From positions 2,250,001-2,282,000 of the forward strand of contig NZ_CP064923.1 in NCBI RefSeq assembly GCF_018336915.1: a DNA stretch of 32,000 bases. The letters run 5' to 3'. This document shows, piece after piece, positions 1-9,266 of the stretch. The notes under the pieces were generated by a model. That model was not told the origin of the DNA, searched no databases, and saw only the letters and a program-made list of their open reading frames with translations. Both the position numbers and the translations under genes were made by a program. Source of the stretch: Acaryochloris marina S15. GTDB lineage: Bacteria > Cyanobacteriota > Cyanobacteriia > Thermosynechococcales > Thermosynechococcaceae. Within the stretch, counting starts at the first letter, position 1. Each line of letters begins with the position of its first letter.

Positions 1-1828
1 ATCTTTCCTTAATTTATTGGATCAGGTGCAGGCCCAGACAGGTTTAGCTGCATTTGCGGTGGATGAGGCCCATTGTGTTTCTGAGTGGGGACATGATTTT
101 CGGCCTGAGTATCGTCGTTTGGCCGAGGTGCGGCAACGATATGCCCAGGTCCCTGTATATGCCTTAACGGCCACGGCGACGGAGCGGGTGCGACAAGACA
201 TTATCCAGCAACTGCAGTTGCGACAGCCTTTTGTCCATGTGGCTAGTTTTAACCGTCCTAACCTTTACTACGAGGTGCGCCCCAAATCACGGCAAGCTTA
301 TGCCGATCTCTATCGGGAGATTCGCCAGCATGGCCAAGACTCGGGCATTGTCTATTGTTTGAGTCGACGGGAAGTGAATGAAGTCTCAGCTCGATTGCAG
401 GCGGATGGCATTAGTGCTTTGCCGTACCATGCGGGCATGAGCGATAAGGCTCGTACCCTTAATCAAGAGCGGTTTATTCGGGATGATGTCCAGGTGATGG
501 TGGCTACGGTTGCCTTTGGCATGGGGATTGATAAGCCGGATGTGCGGTTTGTCATTCACTATAATTTGCCTCGCAATATCGAGGGGTATTACCAGGAGGC
601 GGGCCGGGCGGGTCGGGATGGTGAATCGTCTAAGTGCCTGCTGTTCTTTAGTACGAAGGATATTCACACCCTTGAATGGCTGATTGAACAGAAAGTCGAT
701 CCAGAGACAGGCAACCCCTTAGATAATGAACAGCGGATTGCCCGCCAACAGTTACGCCAGGTGATTGACTATGCCGAAAGCACGGTTTGTCGGCGAACGG
801 TACAGTTGGGGTATTTTGGCGAAACCTTTGGGGGAGACTGTGGGGGCTGTGATAACTGCTGCCATCCTAAACCCGTCGAAGATTGGACCATCCCGGCTCA
901 AAAGCTGTTGTCCTGTGTGGCTCGTTGCCAGGAACGATATGGGATGAGCTATGTCATTGATGTGTTGCGAGGCTCACGCAATCAAAAGGTTCTGCAGCGA
1001 CGCCATGACCAGCTTTCTACCTATGGGATTGGCAAAGACAAAACAGTGGATCAATGGCGATTGTTAGGACGGACGTTGCTGCATCAAGGTTTGGTTGCAG
1101 AAACTACCGATGGTTATCCGGTACTTAAGCTAAATGAACTGAGCTGGGAAGTGTTGCGGCATCAACGGTCCGTATTTGTTCCTGTGCCCGTTGCCCCGAC
1201 TCAGGACAGGCCCAACAATGCTCGCCGGGAAGAGGCTGAAGCCTTGTTTCAACGGTTACGAGAGTTGCGAAAGGAGCTGGCGGATCAGCAGTCTGTTCCC
1301 CCGTACGTGATCTTTGCGGATTCTAGTTTGAAGCTGATGGCCCAGCAGCAGCCCCAGACCATGGTGGAGTTTGCCAAGATTTCGGGGGTCGGTAAGCGCA
1401 AGCTAGACCAATATGGCCAGCAATTTACGGCTTTTATTCGGTCTCATCGGCAGGAGCAGGGCTTGCCTGTGGTGAGCGAAGCAGATGCAGCTGAGCTGGA
1501 GGAGCCTTCGGGGCCAACTACGCTTAAGTTATCGAATACTGTATTGGCGACGCTCCAGCTCTATCAACAAGGAAAGACGCTAGAAGAAATTGCAGCTGGA
1601 CGAGACCTGAAGGTTACGACCATTGCTACGCATTTGGAAGATTTGATTGAGGCAGGGCAGGTGGGAGAGATTGACGGAGTAGTGGATTGCGATCGCAAAC
1701 AGACCATCGCCGAAATCATTGAGCGTATCGGCCCCATTTCCCTCACAAAAATCCGAGAGAAGCTGGGAAACAACTATTCCTATGAGGAAATTCGGTTAGT
1801 CAGGGCTTGGTGGCAGCGTCAACAGTGA
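1..1828 (+). CDS. recQ: ATP-dependent DNA helicase RecQ, 5' end outside window
   Basis: The frame is open from nt 2, and the listed start at 17 is an internal TTG. Helicase motif II is present (AVDEAHCVSEWGHDFRPEY), as are motifs V/VI (ATVAFGMGIDKPDVRFVIHY, QEAGRAGRDG). The RecQ Zn-finger is CRR..YFGE..CGGCDNC. An HRDC-like region follows (PPYVIFADSSLKLMAQQQP), then a C-terminal HTH-like tail (LEEIAAGRDLKVTTIATHLEDLI). Confidence 0.95.
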   Translation, partial: SFLNLLDQVQAQTGLAAFAVDEAHCVSEWGHDFRPEYRRLAEVRQRYAQVPVYALTATATERVRQDIIQQLQLRQPFVHVASFNRPNLYYEVRPKSRQAYADLYREIRQHGQDSGIVYCLSRREVNEVSARLQADGISALPYHAGMSDKARTLNQERFIRDDVQVMVATVAFGMGIDKPDVRFVIHYNLPRNIEGYYQEAGRAGRDGESSKCLLFFSTKDIHTLEWLIEQKVDPETGNPLDNEQRIARQQLRQVIDYAESTVCRRTVQLGYFGETFGGDCGGCDNCCHPKPVEDWTIPAQKLLSCVARCQERYGMSYVIDVLRGSRNQKVLQRRHDQLSTYGIGKDKTVDQWRLLGRTLLHQGLVAETTDGYPVLKLNELSWEVLRHQRSVFVPVPVAPTQDRPNNARREEAEALFQRLRELRKELADQQSVPPYVIFADSSLKLMAQQQPQTMVEFAKISGVGKRKLDQYGQQFTAFIRSHRQEQGLPVVSEADAAELEEPSGPTTLKLSNTVLATLQLYQQGKTLEEIAAGRDLKVTTIATHLEDLIEAGQVGEIDGVVDCDRKQTIAEIIERIGPISLTKIREKLGNNYSYEEIRLVRAWWQRQQ

Positions 1829-1910
1829 AGATTGATGTTGACAGTGGATGCCCCTGTAATAGAATCTGAAGACAACCCCAGGATTGATGCAACTAGAGTA
1901 GAGCACTCCT

Positions 1911-2228
1911 ATGCCGCCATTTTGGCCCCGAGAACCAGATCGCAAGAATGATACCGCTTATCGTCGCTTTGGCGATCGCGTCAATTTGGCGTTTAATATT
2001 GCCATTTATGCGACGGCCGCTTCGTCTTTGTGGTTTTTTAAGTTGCTAATGTATCAGGATTGGCCTTGGCTGAAGGGCTTAACCCTAGGCTGGTTGGGGT
2101 TTATTGTTCTGCAAGCCATATATGTAATAGCCATCGCTGACTATAGTGATGCAGACGATACCAAACCTATTTTTAAAAAAGATAAGGATATGCTTGCTGA
2201 AGAATCTAGTGAGTCCTCTGAGGGGTAA
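1911..2228 (+). CDS. small membrane protein with two predicted TM helices (2TM-domain-like) and an acidic C-terminal tail
   Basis: 105-aa ORF. It has two hydrophobic stretches (VNLAFNIAIYATAASSLWFF and GLTLGWLGFIVLQAIYVIAI) after a YRRFGDR motif. The family call is by resemblance only. Confidence 0.5.
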   Translation: MPPFWPREPDRKNDTAYRRFGDRVNLAFNIAIYATAASSLWFFKLLMYQDWPWLKGLTLGWLGFIVLQAIYVIAIADYSDADDTKPIFKKDKDMLAEESSESSEG

Positions 2229-2291
2229 GTATGATTCTGGTGCTTTTGGCATGAAGTCCGTTTTGTTATGGACATTGAGAGTGGATTGTTG

Positions 2292-2885
2292 CTACCAATC
2301 CAGCCAAAAAATGATTCTTACTTCTTGAGGGTTGCCAAGTTTTAAAAGTTCTTCGATGAACCAGTCCCCGTAACCAACAAATTCGCGATAGCTCTCTATC
2401 CAGGAAACTTCTCCTCTATTCTTTCCTGGGTTAGGATAAACGCCTTCGTCGTCGGGGAAGTCTTCAGGGAAAGACCCTAAATCTTTAAATAAAGAAGCAT
2501 ACTGACGTTTTACATAGCCCGTCCAAGGTGGAAACTTTTTGTCCCAATTGTAATCAATGACTTCTTGAACTAAAAACCATGTTAAGTACAACCTTTTTAT
2601 CAAGAAGCTATCAGTTAATCCGGTAAAAAACGCTTCCTTATAGAGAAGATTCATGTCGTCGGGGAACCCGCGAGGCTCGGCAATTGGAACAATCGGTTCA
2701 GTATGCCAAAACGGATAGGTATATCGGCGCTCATACCCTACAAGGGCCGTGTATAGGGAATAGGCCGTGCCAGGATAGACACAGGCAACAGGTATCTGTT
2801 TGTCCTTTGACCTCTTAGGAGTTGGAATGGGTTCCCAATGTCCTTCTCTCCAAGTCTCTGCGTAAAAATTCCCTTCTCTACTCAT
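2292..2885 (-). CDS. hypothetical protein, Trp/Tyr/Phe-rich, no family recognised
   Basis: 197-aa ORF. Its ATG lies inside the stop region of the upstream gene (ATGAGTAG, 8-nt overlap), which implies translational coupling. G+C is lower than in the flanks. Confidence 0.6.
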   Translation of the reverse strand: MSREGNFYAETWREGHWEPIPTPKRSKDKQIPVACVYPGTAYSLYTALVGYERRYTYPFWHTEPIVPIAEPRGFPDDMNLLYKEAFFTGLTDSFLIKRLYLTWFLVQEVIDYNWDKKFPPWTGYVKRQYASLFKDLGSFPEDFPDDEGVYPNPGKNRGEVSWIESYREFVGYGDWFIEELLKLGNPQEVRIIFWLDW

Positions 2886-3318
2886 CGATACTGGCGAAAA
2901 TTGATCGGGCTAGGTTGATATCTGATGCATTATCGAAGTAGGTCGCAACCTGGATGTAGCTTTCTTTAGCAAAGACAAAACCATAGAGGGCATGGGTTCC
3001 ATCTTCGATTAATTGATAGGAGAGTCGATGATTACTGATGTTTGACTGTTCATGCAATTCGAACGCTTCTGTTGAAATGTCCTGTTTTCGTTGAGCTAAG
3101 CGAGTGTCGATGGACTCGTTATGATTGTTATTCCATACATTGAAATAGAGGGTCAAGCTGGGACGCCATAGGATGAGAGAACCTTCTTCGATCCGACGAT
3201 TGAATTTGAAGGGGAGTGAAACTGACCATGTTGAAGTGAGTTGATACTGCCCAGACACAATAGGGTAATTTGGGTGGAGGTTGTTCGTATCAATAGACAT
3301 TAGCTGCTCTTTATTCAA
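2878..3318 (-). CDS. hypothetical protein, no family recognised
   Basis: 146-aa ORF and first gene of a two-gene minus-strand cassette. No signal peptide or TM segment is visible. G+C is lower than in the flanks. Confidence 0.6.
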   Translation of the reverse strand: MNKEQLMSIDTNNLHPNYPIVSGQYQLTSTWSVSLPFKFNRRIEEGSLILWRPSLTLYFNVWNNNHNESIDTRLAQRKQDISTEAFELHEQSNISNHRLSYQLIEDGTHALYGFVFAKESYIQVATYFDNASDINLARSIFASIDE

Positions 3319-3517
3319 AGTGACAAGTTAGTGATAGTCAACAATGCTCACACCACAGACACTGCTGTCTAACTTCTCAAAATATCCTTGCCGAAGGAGC
3401 AAGTAGTATGACGTGGCCCAATAAAAAGTACGGAACCTTAACAAAAAGGTGTGATCTTTAATACAGATGTGCTAGGGAATAGGATAAGTTTTTTGATTTT
3501 TTCCAGAATTGTCATCA

Positions 3518-4642
3518 ATGAAATTTATCCATCCACTCGTCCCTGTAGTAATTACTGCAATTGTTGCCGCTCCTTTTTATAGTGCCCAGGCATTGAATTC
3601 AGCGGAAGTGAGTGCGATCGCAGAAGCCGTTACCGTCCGTATCGATGGTCAAAACTCAGGTTCAGGGGTGATTATCAAACGTCAAGATGATGTTTACACC
3701 GTATTGACAGCGGCCCATGTGGTGGCCACAGCGGATGAATATGATGTAGTGACTGATGATGATTCACGGTATCCCTTGGCCTACAGTACCGTTAAAAAAT
3801 TTCCTGGAATTGATTTAGCACTGGTTGAATTTACTAGTTCCAAGCCTTATCAAGTCGCAAAGTTGGGAGACTCGTCTAACGTGAGGGCAGGAGAATCTAT
3901 TTATGTCTCTGGATTTCCCATGTCTACTGCTGCTATCACCGCTCCCATTTGGAACTTTTCTGAAGGGAAGGTAACGGCAAACGCTAAACGCCCTTTGGCA
4001 GATGGCTATGGATTGGTTTATAGCAACAACACCTTACCGGGGATGAGTGGTGGGTCTGTTTTAGACAGCCAAGGCCAACTGATTGGCATTCATGGGCGAG
4101 CGGATGGAGAACGGCAGGTTAAACGGACGGAAACGGTGTACGTGAAGACAGGATTTAATCTAGGGATTCCCATCAATACCTTTTTAAGTTCCGTGGGCAC
4201 GATTAATCCTGATTTAGGATTTTCAGGAAATGTGGCAACTGGGGGAGTTGAATTAACCTCGGATGACTTGTATTTGCAGGGCACGAATAAGTTTCAAGGG
4301 GGGAATTACCAAGGTGCGATCGCAGATCTAAATCAATCCATCGACCTCAATCCCCAAAATGCTTTTGCCTTCAACAGTCGTGGCAATGCTTTTTATGAAT
4401 TACAGCAATACAAAGATGCGATCACTCAGTATGACCAAGCTATTGCCTTGAATCCTGACTATGCCGAAGCCTATTTCAATCGAGGACTCGCTCATAAGCT
4501 TGATGGAAATGATGCTCAAGCCCAGCAGGATCATCTGAAATCAAAGCAACTCTTAGGTGGCCAAGTCGAATCACTTCAAAATAAAGCCGATCGCATTCAA
4601 CAACTGCTCGATCAAAAGCTGAAGCCTTTTGAACTTCGGTAA
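3518..4642 (+). CDS. secreted trypsin-like (S1/chymotrypsin-fold) serine protease fused to C-terminal TPR repeats
   Basis: The ORF opens at TTG 3509, and ATG 3518 is the more likely start. N-terminal signal peptide: MKFIHPLVPVVITAIVAAPFYSAQA. The catalytic triad context is intact: TAAHVV (His), IDLALVEF (Asp), LPGMSGGSV (Ser). The C-terminus has TPR-like repeats (AIADLNQSIDLNPQNAFAFNSRGNAFYELQQYKDAITQYDQAIALNPDYAEAYFNRG). Confidence 0.85.
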   Translation: MKFIHPLVPVVITAIVAAPFYSAQALNSAEVSAIAEAVTVRIDGQNSGSGVIIKRQDDVYTVLTAAHVVATADEYDVVTDDDSRYPLAYSTVKKFPGIDLALVEFTSSKPYQVAKLGDSSNVRAGESIYVSGFPMSTAAITAPIWNFSEGKVTANAKRPLADGYGLVYSNNTLPGMSGGSVLDSQGQLIGIHGRADGERQVKRTETVYVKTGFNLGIPINTFLSSVGTINPDLGFSGNVATGGVELTSDDLYLQGTNKFQGGNYQGAIADLNQSIDLNPQNAFAFNSRGNAFYELQQYKDAITQYDQAIALNPDYAEAYFNRGLAHKLDGNDAQAQQDHLKSKQLLGGQVESLQNKADRIQQLLDQKLKPFELR

Positions 4643-4822
4643 TGATGGGTTGTGTTGGCTACGAAATTAGTTCGATATATTTCCGAAGGATTAGCCACTA
4701 TCGAGCTTGGGACAGAAGCCCTAGCATGGCGAATTAATAATCAGGGGTTATTCTAGAAAAGACAATCTGGTGAAACTTCGAATTCACCTTAATGGCCCTG
4801 AAAAATAGGGGTACCCTAAGCT

Positions 4823-5152
4823 ATGGCAGACCAAATTGCAACTGTAGACGTAGAAGCCCTCGCCGCAGATATTGGTGAAAAAATCTATATTGATGTGGCC
4901 AAATGGCATCTCTTTCTGAGTGATGCCCATCTGCATCAGTCATTAGCAGAGCAATTTTGTAACCTTTTGGAAAACGGATTGTTGGAGGAACCCCAGATCC
5001 TGCAAGTGTTGTCAGATGTTTCTGTGCCACTGGGGGGTGGTAAATGCAAACTGCCATTGATTGATCTCATGCCTGTCGCAGGCCAACAAGATCTCATGGA
5101 TATTCTGACTGACTTCCGTCATCGCCTCGAAGAGTCTGGATATAGTTTTTAG
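4823..5152 (+). CDS. small acidic conserved hypothetical protein
   Basis: 109-aa ORF that ends 8 nt before the next gene's GTG start. I prefer it to the antisense ORF 4821..5057 on composition and operon context. Confidence 0.55.
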   Translation: MADQIATVDVEALAADIGEKIYIDVAKWHLFLSDAHLHQSLAEQFCNLLENGLLEEPQILQVLSDVSVPLGGGKCKLPLIDLMPVAGQQDLMDILTDFRHRLEESGYSF

Positions 5153-5160
5153 CGTCTGAA

Positions 5161-6864
5161 GTGAGCACTAATCAAAAATTTTCTCGCCAGGTGCGAAACG
5201 GCAAAGTCGTTTACGTGCCTACAGCCCCGCATACTCCTTCCCAATCTGCTCGTGCTCAGTCCCCTCGACTGCTGGCGAAACTCCGGTCTAGCCTGAATTT
5301 GTTGCTGTTGGCTGGTATCACTACCACTGTAGTGGGATTAGCTTGGTTGAGTTACCAAGTGATTACGGATCCAGACGTGGCTTTTTGGTTGAATCAGTAT
5401 TTGCCAACGACAAAAGGGAAGCAAACGGCTGCTCATCAACCCCGCACCCTGCAGCAAATTTTAAAGCGTCTCCAGGATCAGAAACAGTCGCCAGGAAAGC
5501 CCATTGTGCTAGCGGCTGATAGCAATGCCAACAGTCCGCTGACGGCGACCAAAGATATTTTGATCCCAACTTATAACAAGAGCTGTGCTCAACGTCCCTG
5601 CCAGCAACTCCAGTCTTTGCAGGTATATCGTTCTTTAAAGCTGCCATCTCTCCTGCGACTGTTCCAAGGCAAACGCTATTACCGTTTGCTGGATCGGATG
5701 ACGGTGCATGGCCCCACGGAAGAACAACTGGTTCGCTTAGCCCGTAACCCGCGCTTAGTGACAGGGTCAACCCGGCCTCTCAATTTATCTCGAGTCGAAG
5801 TTTATAATCCTGCCCCCAAGCCAGGAGCTTGGTTACGATTGACGGGGCTGAGGAGTGAAGGAAGTGCAACGGCTACCTATGGCCAAGTGTTGTATTTCCA
5901 TCCGGATGAGGCCCAGCTTGTTTTGATGTTGAATTGGGCGAGTCCATCGGGCGAGTCTCCTCAATGGCGTCAGGTGACGGGTGATCAGCGGCCAGAATTA
6001 GTTGTCAAACAAACGGTGGGTCTAGAACCACAATATGCAGTGTATTGGCTTCATCCTGCCCCAACAGGGGACTTGCAGGTCGAACATATCTCCTTAGCCA
6101 AGCCTGCCTTTGCTGATCCGGGCTATACCCAAAGTTTATTGTTGGCCCGGAGTGGCTTATGGTCTCCAGCCCAAAAGCGGTTGTTGACTGTCAAAAAACA
6201 GCAGTCGCGTCGATGGTCTCCCAAGGCCCAAGCCCAACTGGACTATATCAATCTCCATGCGGCTATAGCCAAGTCTCAAGCTCAACAAATTTCGGCGAGT
6301 CGAGTGCAAACGATTGTGGCACGGCTGGTGAATGGAGAATGGAGTGCGGCCCTGAAGTTCTTTCAATCTCCCCAGACGGATCCGGTAGAAGTTAGGGCTT
6401 TATTGGCTGCCGATCCGGGGCGCTTATTTGCACGAGTGGAAGCCTTTTTAAAGGTGAATCCCAAGAATCAAGATGCGATCGCATGGGGTACCCTTATGCG
6501 ACATGTACAGGACGATCCGAAGACAGCCCTAGTCTGGGCCCAGCAGCGGACGGGGAAAAACAAGGCTGCCCTTGAGACCATCAAGAAACTGGTGAAACGT
6601 CTGGATCAACCCCGCTATACCCCGAAAGAAGCCCCCGCTAAGCCCAAGCCACAACCTGATGTTCTCAAGGTAAAGCCACCGGTCCAGCCTTCTCCAAAGG
6701 TTGTGCCTCCAAAAGCCAAGCCCTCAGGGGCTCAGCTCTCTTCACCTGTGCCTCCTCCAGTGGCCCCTAAACCTGCACCAGTCCCTGAGCAAACTGTACA
6801 GCCTGAATCTTCACTACCACCTGAGCTTGCACCTGTTCCGCCAGAAGAGGCTCCAGGGGAATAA
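5161..6864 (+). CDS. membrane-anchored hypothetical protein with proline-rich C-terminal tail
   Basis: 567-aa ORF with a GTG start. It has one N-terminal TM helix (LNLLLLAGITTTVVGLAWLSYQVI). The last ~90 aa are PK/PV/PE-rich (PAKPKPQPDVLKVKPPVQPSPKVVPPKAKP...PPVAPKPAPVPE). Confidence 0.7.
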   Translation: MSTNQKFSRQVRNGKVVYVPTAPHTPSQSARAQSPRLLAKLRSSLNLLLLAGITTTVVGLAWLSYQVITDPDVAFWLNQYLPTTKGKQTAAHQPRTLQQILKRLQDQKQSPGKPIVLAADSNANSPLTATKDILIPTYNKSCAQRPCQQLQSLQVYRSLKLPSLLRLFQGKRYYRLLDRMTVHGPTEEQLVRLARNPRLVTGSTRPLNLSRVEVYNPAPKPGAWLRLTGLRSEGSATATYGQVLYFHPDEAQLVLMLNWASPSGESPQWRQVTGDQRPELVVKQTVGLEPQYAVYWLHPAPTGDLQVEHISLAKPAFADPGYTQSLLLARSGLWSPAQKRLLTVKKQQSRRWSPKAQAQLDYINLHAAIAKSQAQQISASRVQTIVARLVNGEWSAALKFFQSPQTDPVEVRALLAADPGRLFARVEAFLKVNPKNQDAIAWGTLMRHVQDDPKTALVWAQQRTGKNKAALETIKKLVKRLDQPRYTPKEAPAKPKPQPDVLKVKPPVQPSPKVVPPKAKPSGAQLSSPVPPPVAPKPAPVPEQTVQPESSLPPELAPVPPEEAPGE

Positions 6865-6960
6865 CTGGAAAGACAGGGCTCGCTTGAATAAGGTATTCTG
6901 GATGTTTCCGCTATTTTGGTGCCTTAGCTGTTGTAGTCCCCCAAGCCTGATATAGAGTCT

Positions 6961-7899
6961 ATGTCTACCGATACTGCAAGTCTTAAAGGGAGAGATCTGC
7001 TAGGTTTAGCAGACTTAACGAGCCCAGAAATGTATGGTTTGTTGGAGCTGGCGGCTCAAATCAAGGCGGGGCAGGTCAAACCCCATTGTCCCAAGGTATT
7101 GGGTTTGCTGTTTACTAAGGCTTCTACTCGCACCCGGGTCAGCTTTTCTGTCGGCATGTACCGTCTAGGGGGTCAGGTGATTGATCTGAGACCGGATGCC
7201 ACCCAGGTGGGGCGGGGTGAGCCGTTAGAAGATACGGCTAGAGTCTTAGATCGCTACTTAGACGTACTGGCGATTCGCACCTATGAGCAGCAGGATTTGA
7301 GTACCTTTGCGAACTATGCTTCGATTCCTGTGATTAATGCCCTGACAGATTTAGAACATCCTTGTCAGATCTTTGCGGATTTACTCACTCTACAAGAGGC
7401 GTTTGGGCAGCTAGAAGGATTGACTCTCACCTATTTGGGGGATGGCAACAATGTCGCCCATTCCCTGCTGTTGGGATGTGCCCTAGTCGGGGTAAATATT
7501 CGAGTAGCCACCCCTCCGGACTATCAGCCCCTCCCTGATTTTGTTGAGAAAGCTAAGATACTGGCGGGCGATCGCAGTTCCGTACTGATCACCACCGACC
7601 CCCAAGAAGCCGTCGATGGGGCTCATGCCCTCTATACCGATGTCTGGGCCAGTATGGGCCAAGAAGATTTGGCCAGCAACCGGATTCCCATCTTTCAGCC
7701 CTATCAAGTGAACGAGTCCCTCTTGGCTAAGGCGGATACCAAGGCCATTGTGCTCCACTGCCTTCCTGCCCATCGAGGAGAAGAGATTACAGCAGACGTA
7801 ATCGAAGGGGCACAGTCCCGAGTGTGGGATCAGGCAGAGAATCGTCTGCATACTCAGCAAGCCCTGCTAGCTAGCATATTAGGCGCTAAGATCGACTGA
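6961..7899 (+). CDS. argF: ornithine carbamoyltransferase
   Basis: Carbamoyl-phosphate site FTKASTRTRVSF, an HPCQ motif, the ornithine site HCLPAHRGEE, and a typical length of 312 aa. Confidence 0.93.
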   Translation: MSTDTASLKGRDLLGLADLTSPEMYGLLELAAQIKAGQVKPHCPKVLGLLFTKASTRTRVSFSVGMYRLGGQVIDLRPDATQVGRGEPLEDTARVLDRYLDVLAIRTYEQQDLSTFANYASIPVINALTDLEHPCQIFADLLTLQEAFGQLEGLTLTYLGDGNNVAHSLLLGCALVGVNIRVATPPDYQPLPDFVEKAKILAGDRSSVLITTDPQEAVDGAHALYTDVWASMGQEDLASNRIPIFQPYQVNESLLAKADTKAIVLHCLPAHRGEEITADVIEGAQSRVWDQAENRLHTQQALLASILGAKID

Positions 7900-7931
7900 G
7901 CGTTTGGCGGTTCAGCCCCATTAATCCGTGA

Positions 7932-9266
7932 ATGAGTAAGTCATCAGTTCAGCCAGCTTTAATTTCAGCGGTGGTCCCCGATTCGATCGCAGCAGAAGTG
8001 GGATTTGAACCGGGCGATCGCCTGGTGTCCATTAATGGCGACGTGCCCCGGGATCTCATTGACTATCGCTTTCTCTGCGCGGATGAATACCTGACCCTTG
8101 AGGTCTTGGATGCGGCAGGTCGCCCCCATCAGGTCGAAATTGAAAAAGATTTTGATTCTGAACTGGGACTGGAGTTTGAGACGGCCCTTTTTGATGGGCT
8201 GATTCAGTGTAATAATCACTGTCCCTTTTGCTTTATCGATCAAAAGCCTCCTGGTTTGCGATCCAGTCTTTATCTCAAGGATGACGATTATCGCCTCAGC
8301 TTTCTGTACGGCAGTTATTTAACCCTGACCAATATCCCCCCCCATGAATGGGACCGCATTGAGGCGATGCGCTTGTCTCCCCTCTACGTGTCTGTGCATG
8401 CGACTCATCCAGATGTGCGCATACGGCTGCTGAAAAATCTCCGGGCAGGCCAAATTCTGGACCAACTGCAGTGGTTCCAGCAGCGACGACTCCAAATTCA
8501 TGCTCAAGTTGTGGTTTGCCCTGGCATCAATGATGGTGAAATCTTGCAGCAAACCATCCTGGATTTGGCTCAATTCCATCAGTCTGAGGTGCCTGCAGTT
8601 GCTTCAATCGCTGTTGTTCCTGTGGGCCTCACCCGATTTCGCCCGCCAGAAGATGAGTTGAAGCCGGTTGAACCAACAGATGCTACAGCAGTGATTCATC
8701 TAGTTCAGCAGCTACAGGCCCAGTTTCAAAATCAGTTTGGGACAACCTTTGCTTGGCTAGCGGATGAGTGGTTTTTAATTGCGGGACAAGATCTGCCGTC
8801 TGAGAGCCATTATGAAGAATATCCGCAAATTGATAATGGTGTGGGTTCAATTCGGCAATTTCTGTCCCAGTTTGATCAGGCGGCTACATCCTTGCCTTCC
8901 CATATCCCCGCTGGGAAGGACTTGACCTGGGTTGTGGGTAATACGGTAGAAAAGGCTTTTCGGCCCATCGTGCAGCGGTTGAATCAAGTCCAAGGCCTAA
9001 CGGTGACTCTGGCTCCCCTCCGTAGTGATTATTGGGGGCAAACGATGACCGTGACGGGACTTTTGACCGGGCAAGATATTTTGTCGGGTTTGCGCCATCA
9101 ACCCTTGGGGGATGGATTGCTCTTACCGACCTTAATGCTGAAGTATGGGACCACTCAATTCCTGGATGATATGACTGTAGCGGAGTTGTCTGATGAATTG
9201 GACGTTCCGATCGGGCTCATTCAAGGGGGTGCCGAGGATGTTATTCGCGCTTGTCTTCAGCAATGA
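7932..9266 (+). CDS. PDZ-domain / radical-SAM-like DUF512 protein (cyanobacterial FeS protein of unknown function)
   Basis: N-terminal PDZ-like segment (IAAEVGFEPGDRLVSINGD), a CxxxCxxC cluster (CNNHCPFCF), and the long DUF512-type C-terminal region. Confidence 0.8.
   Translation: MSKSSVQPALISAVVPDSIAAEVGFEPGDRLVSINGDVPRDLIDYRFLCADEYLTLEVLDAAGRPHQVEIEKDFDSELGLEFETALFDGLIQCNNHCPFCFIDQKPPGLRSSLYLKDDDYRLSFLYGSYLTLTNIPPHEWDRIEAMRLSPLYVSVHATHPDVRIRLLKNLRAGQILDQLQWFQQRRLQIHAQVVVCPGINDGEILQQTILDLAQFHQSEVPAVASIAVVPVGLTRFRPPEDELKPVEPTDATAVIHLVQQLQAQFQNQFGTTFAWLADEWFLIAGQDLPSESHYEEYPQIDNGVGSIRQFLSQFDQAATSLPSHIPAGKDLTWVVGNTVEKAFRPIVQRLNQVQGLTVTLAPLRSDYWGQTMTVTGLLTGQDILSGLRHQPLGDGLLLPTLMLKYGTTQFLDDMTVAELSDELDVPIGLIQGGAEDVIRACLQQ

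Noticed and set aside
386-1773. Minus-strand ORFs 386..667 and 1564..1773, and plus-strand ORF 765..947, inside recQ
   Set aside because: They lie fully inside the strongly supported recQ frame, and their products have no motifs.
2146-2328. 60-aa plus-strand ORF overlapping the ends of genes 1911..2228 and 2292..2885
   Set aside because: It overlaps two better-supported genes, and its product is unremarkable.
4821-5057. 78-aa minus-strand ORF antisense to 4823..5152
   Set aside because: The plus-strand ORF is longer, has a plausible acidic globular composition, and is tightly coupled to the next gene. Only one of the two is likely real.
6701-6955. 84-aa plus-strand ORF overlapping the proline-rich tail of the 567-aa protein
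   Set aside because: It is an out-of-frame read-through of a low-complexity region. Its Leu/Ser/His-rich product has no start context.
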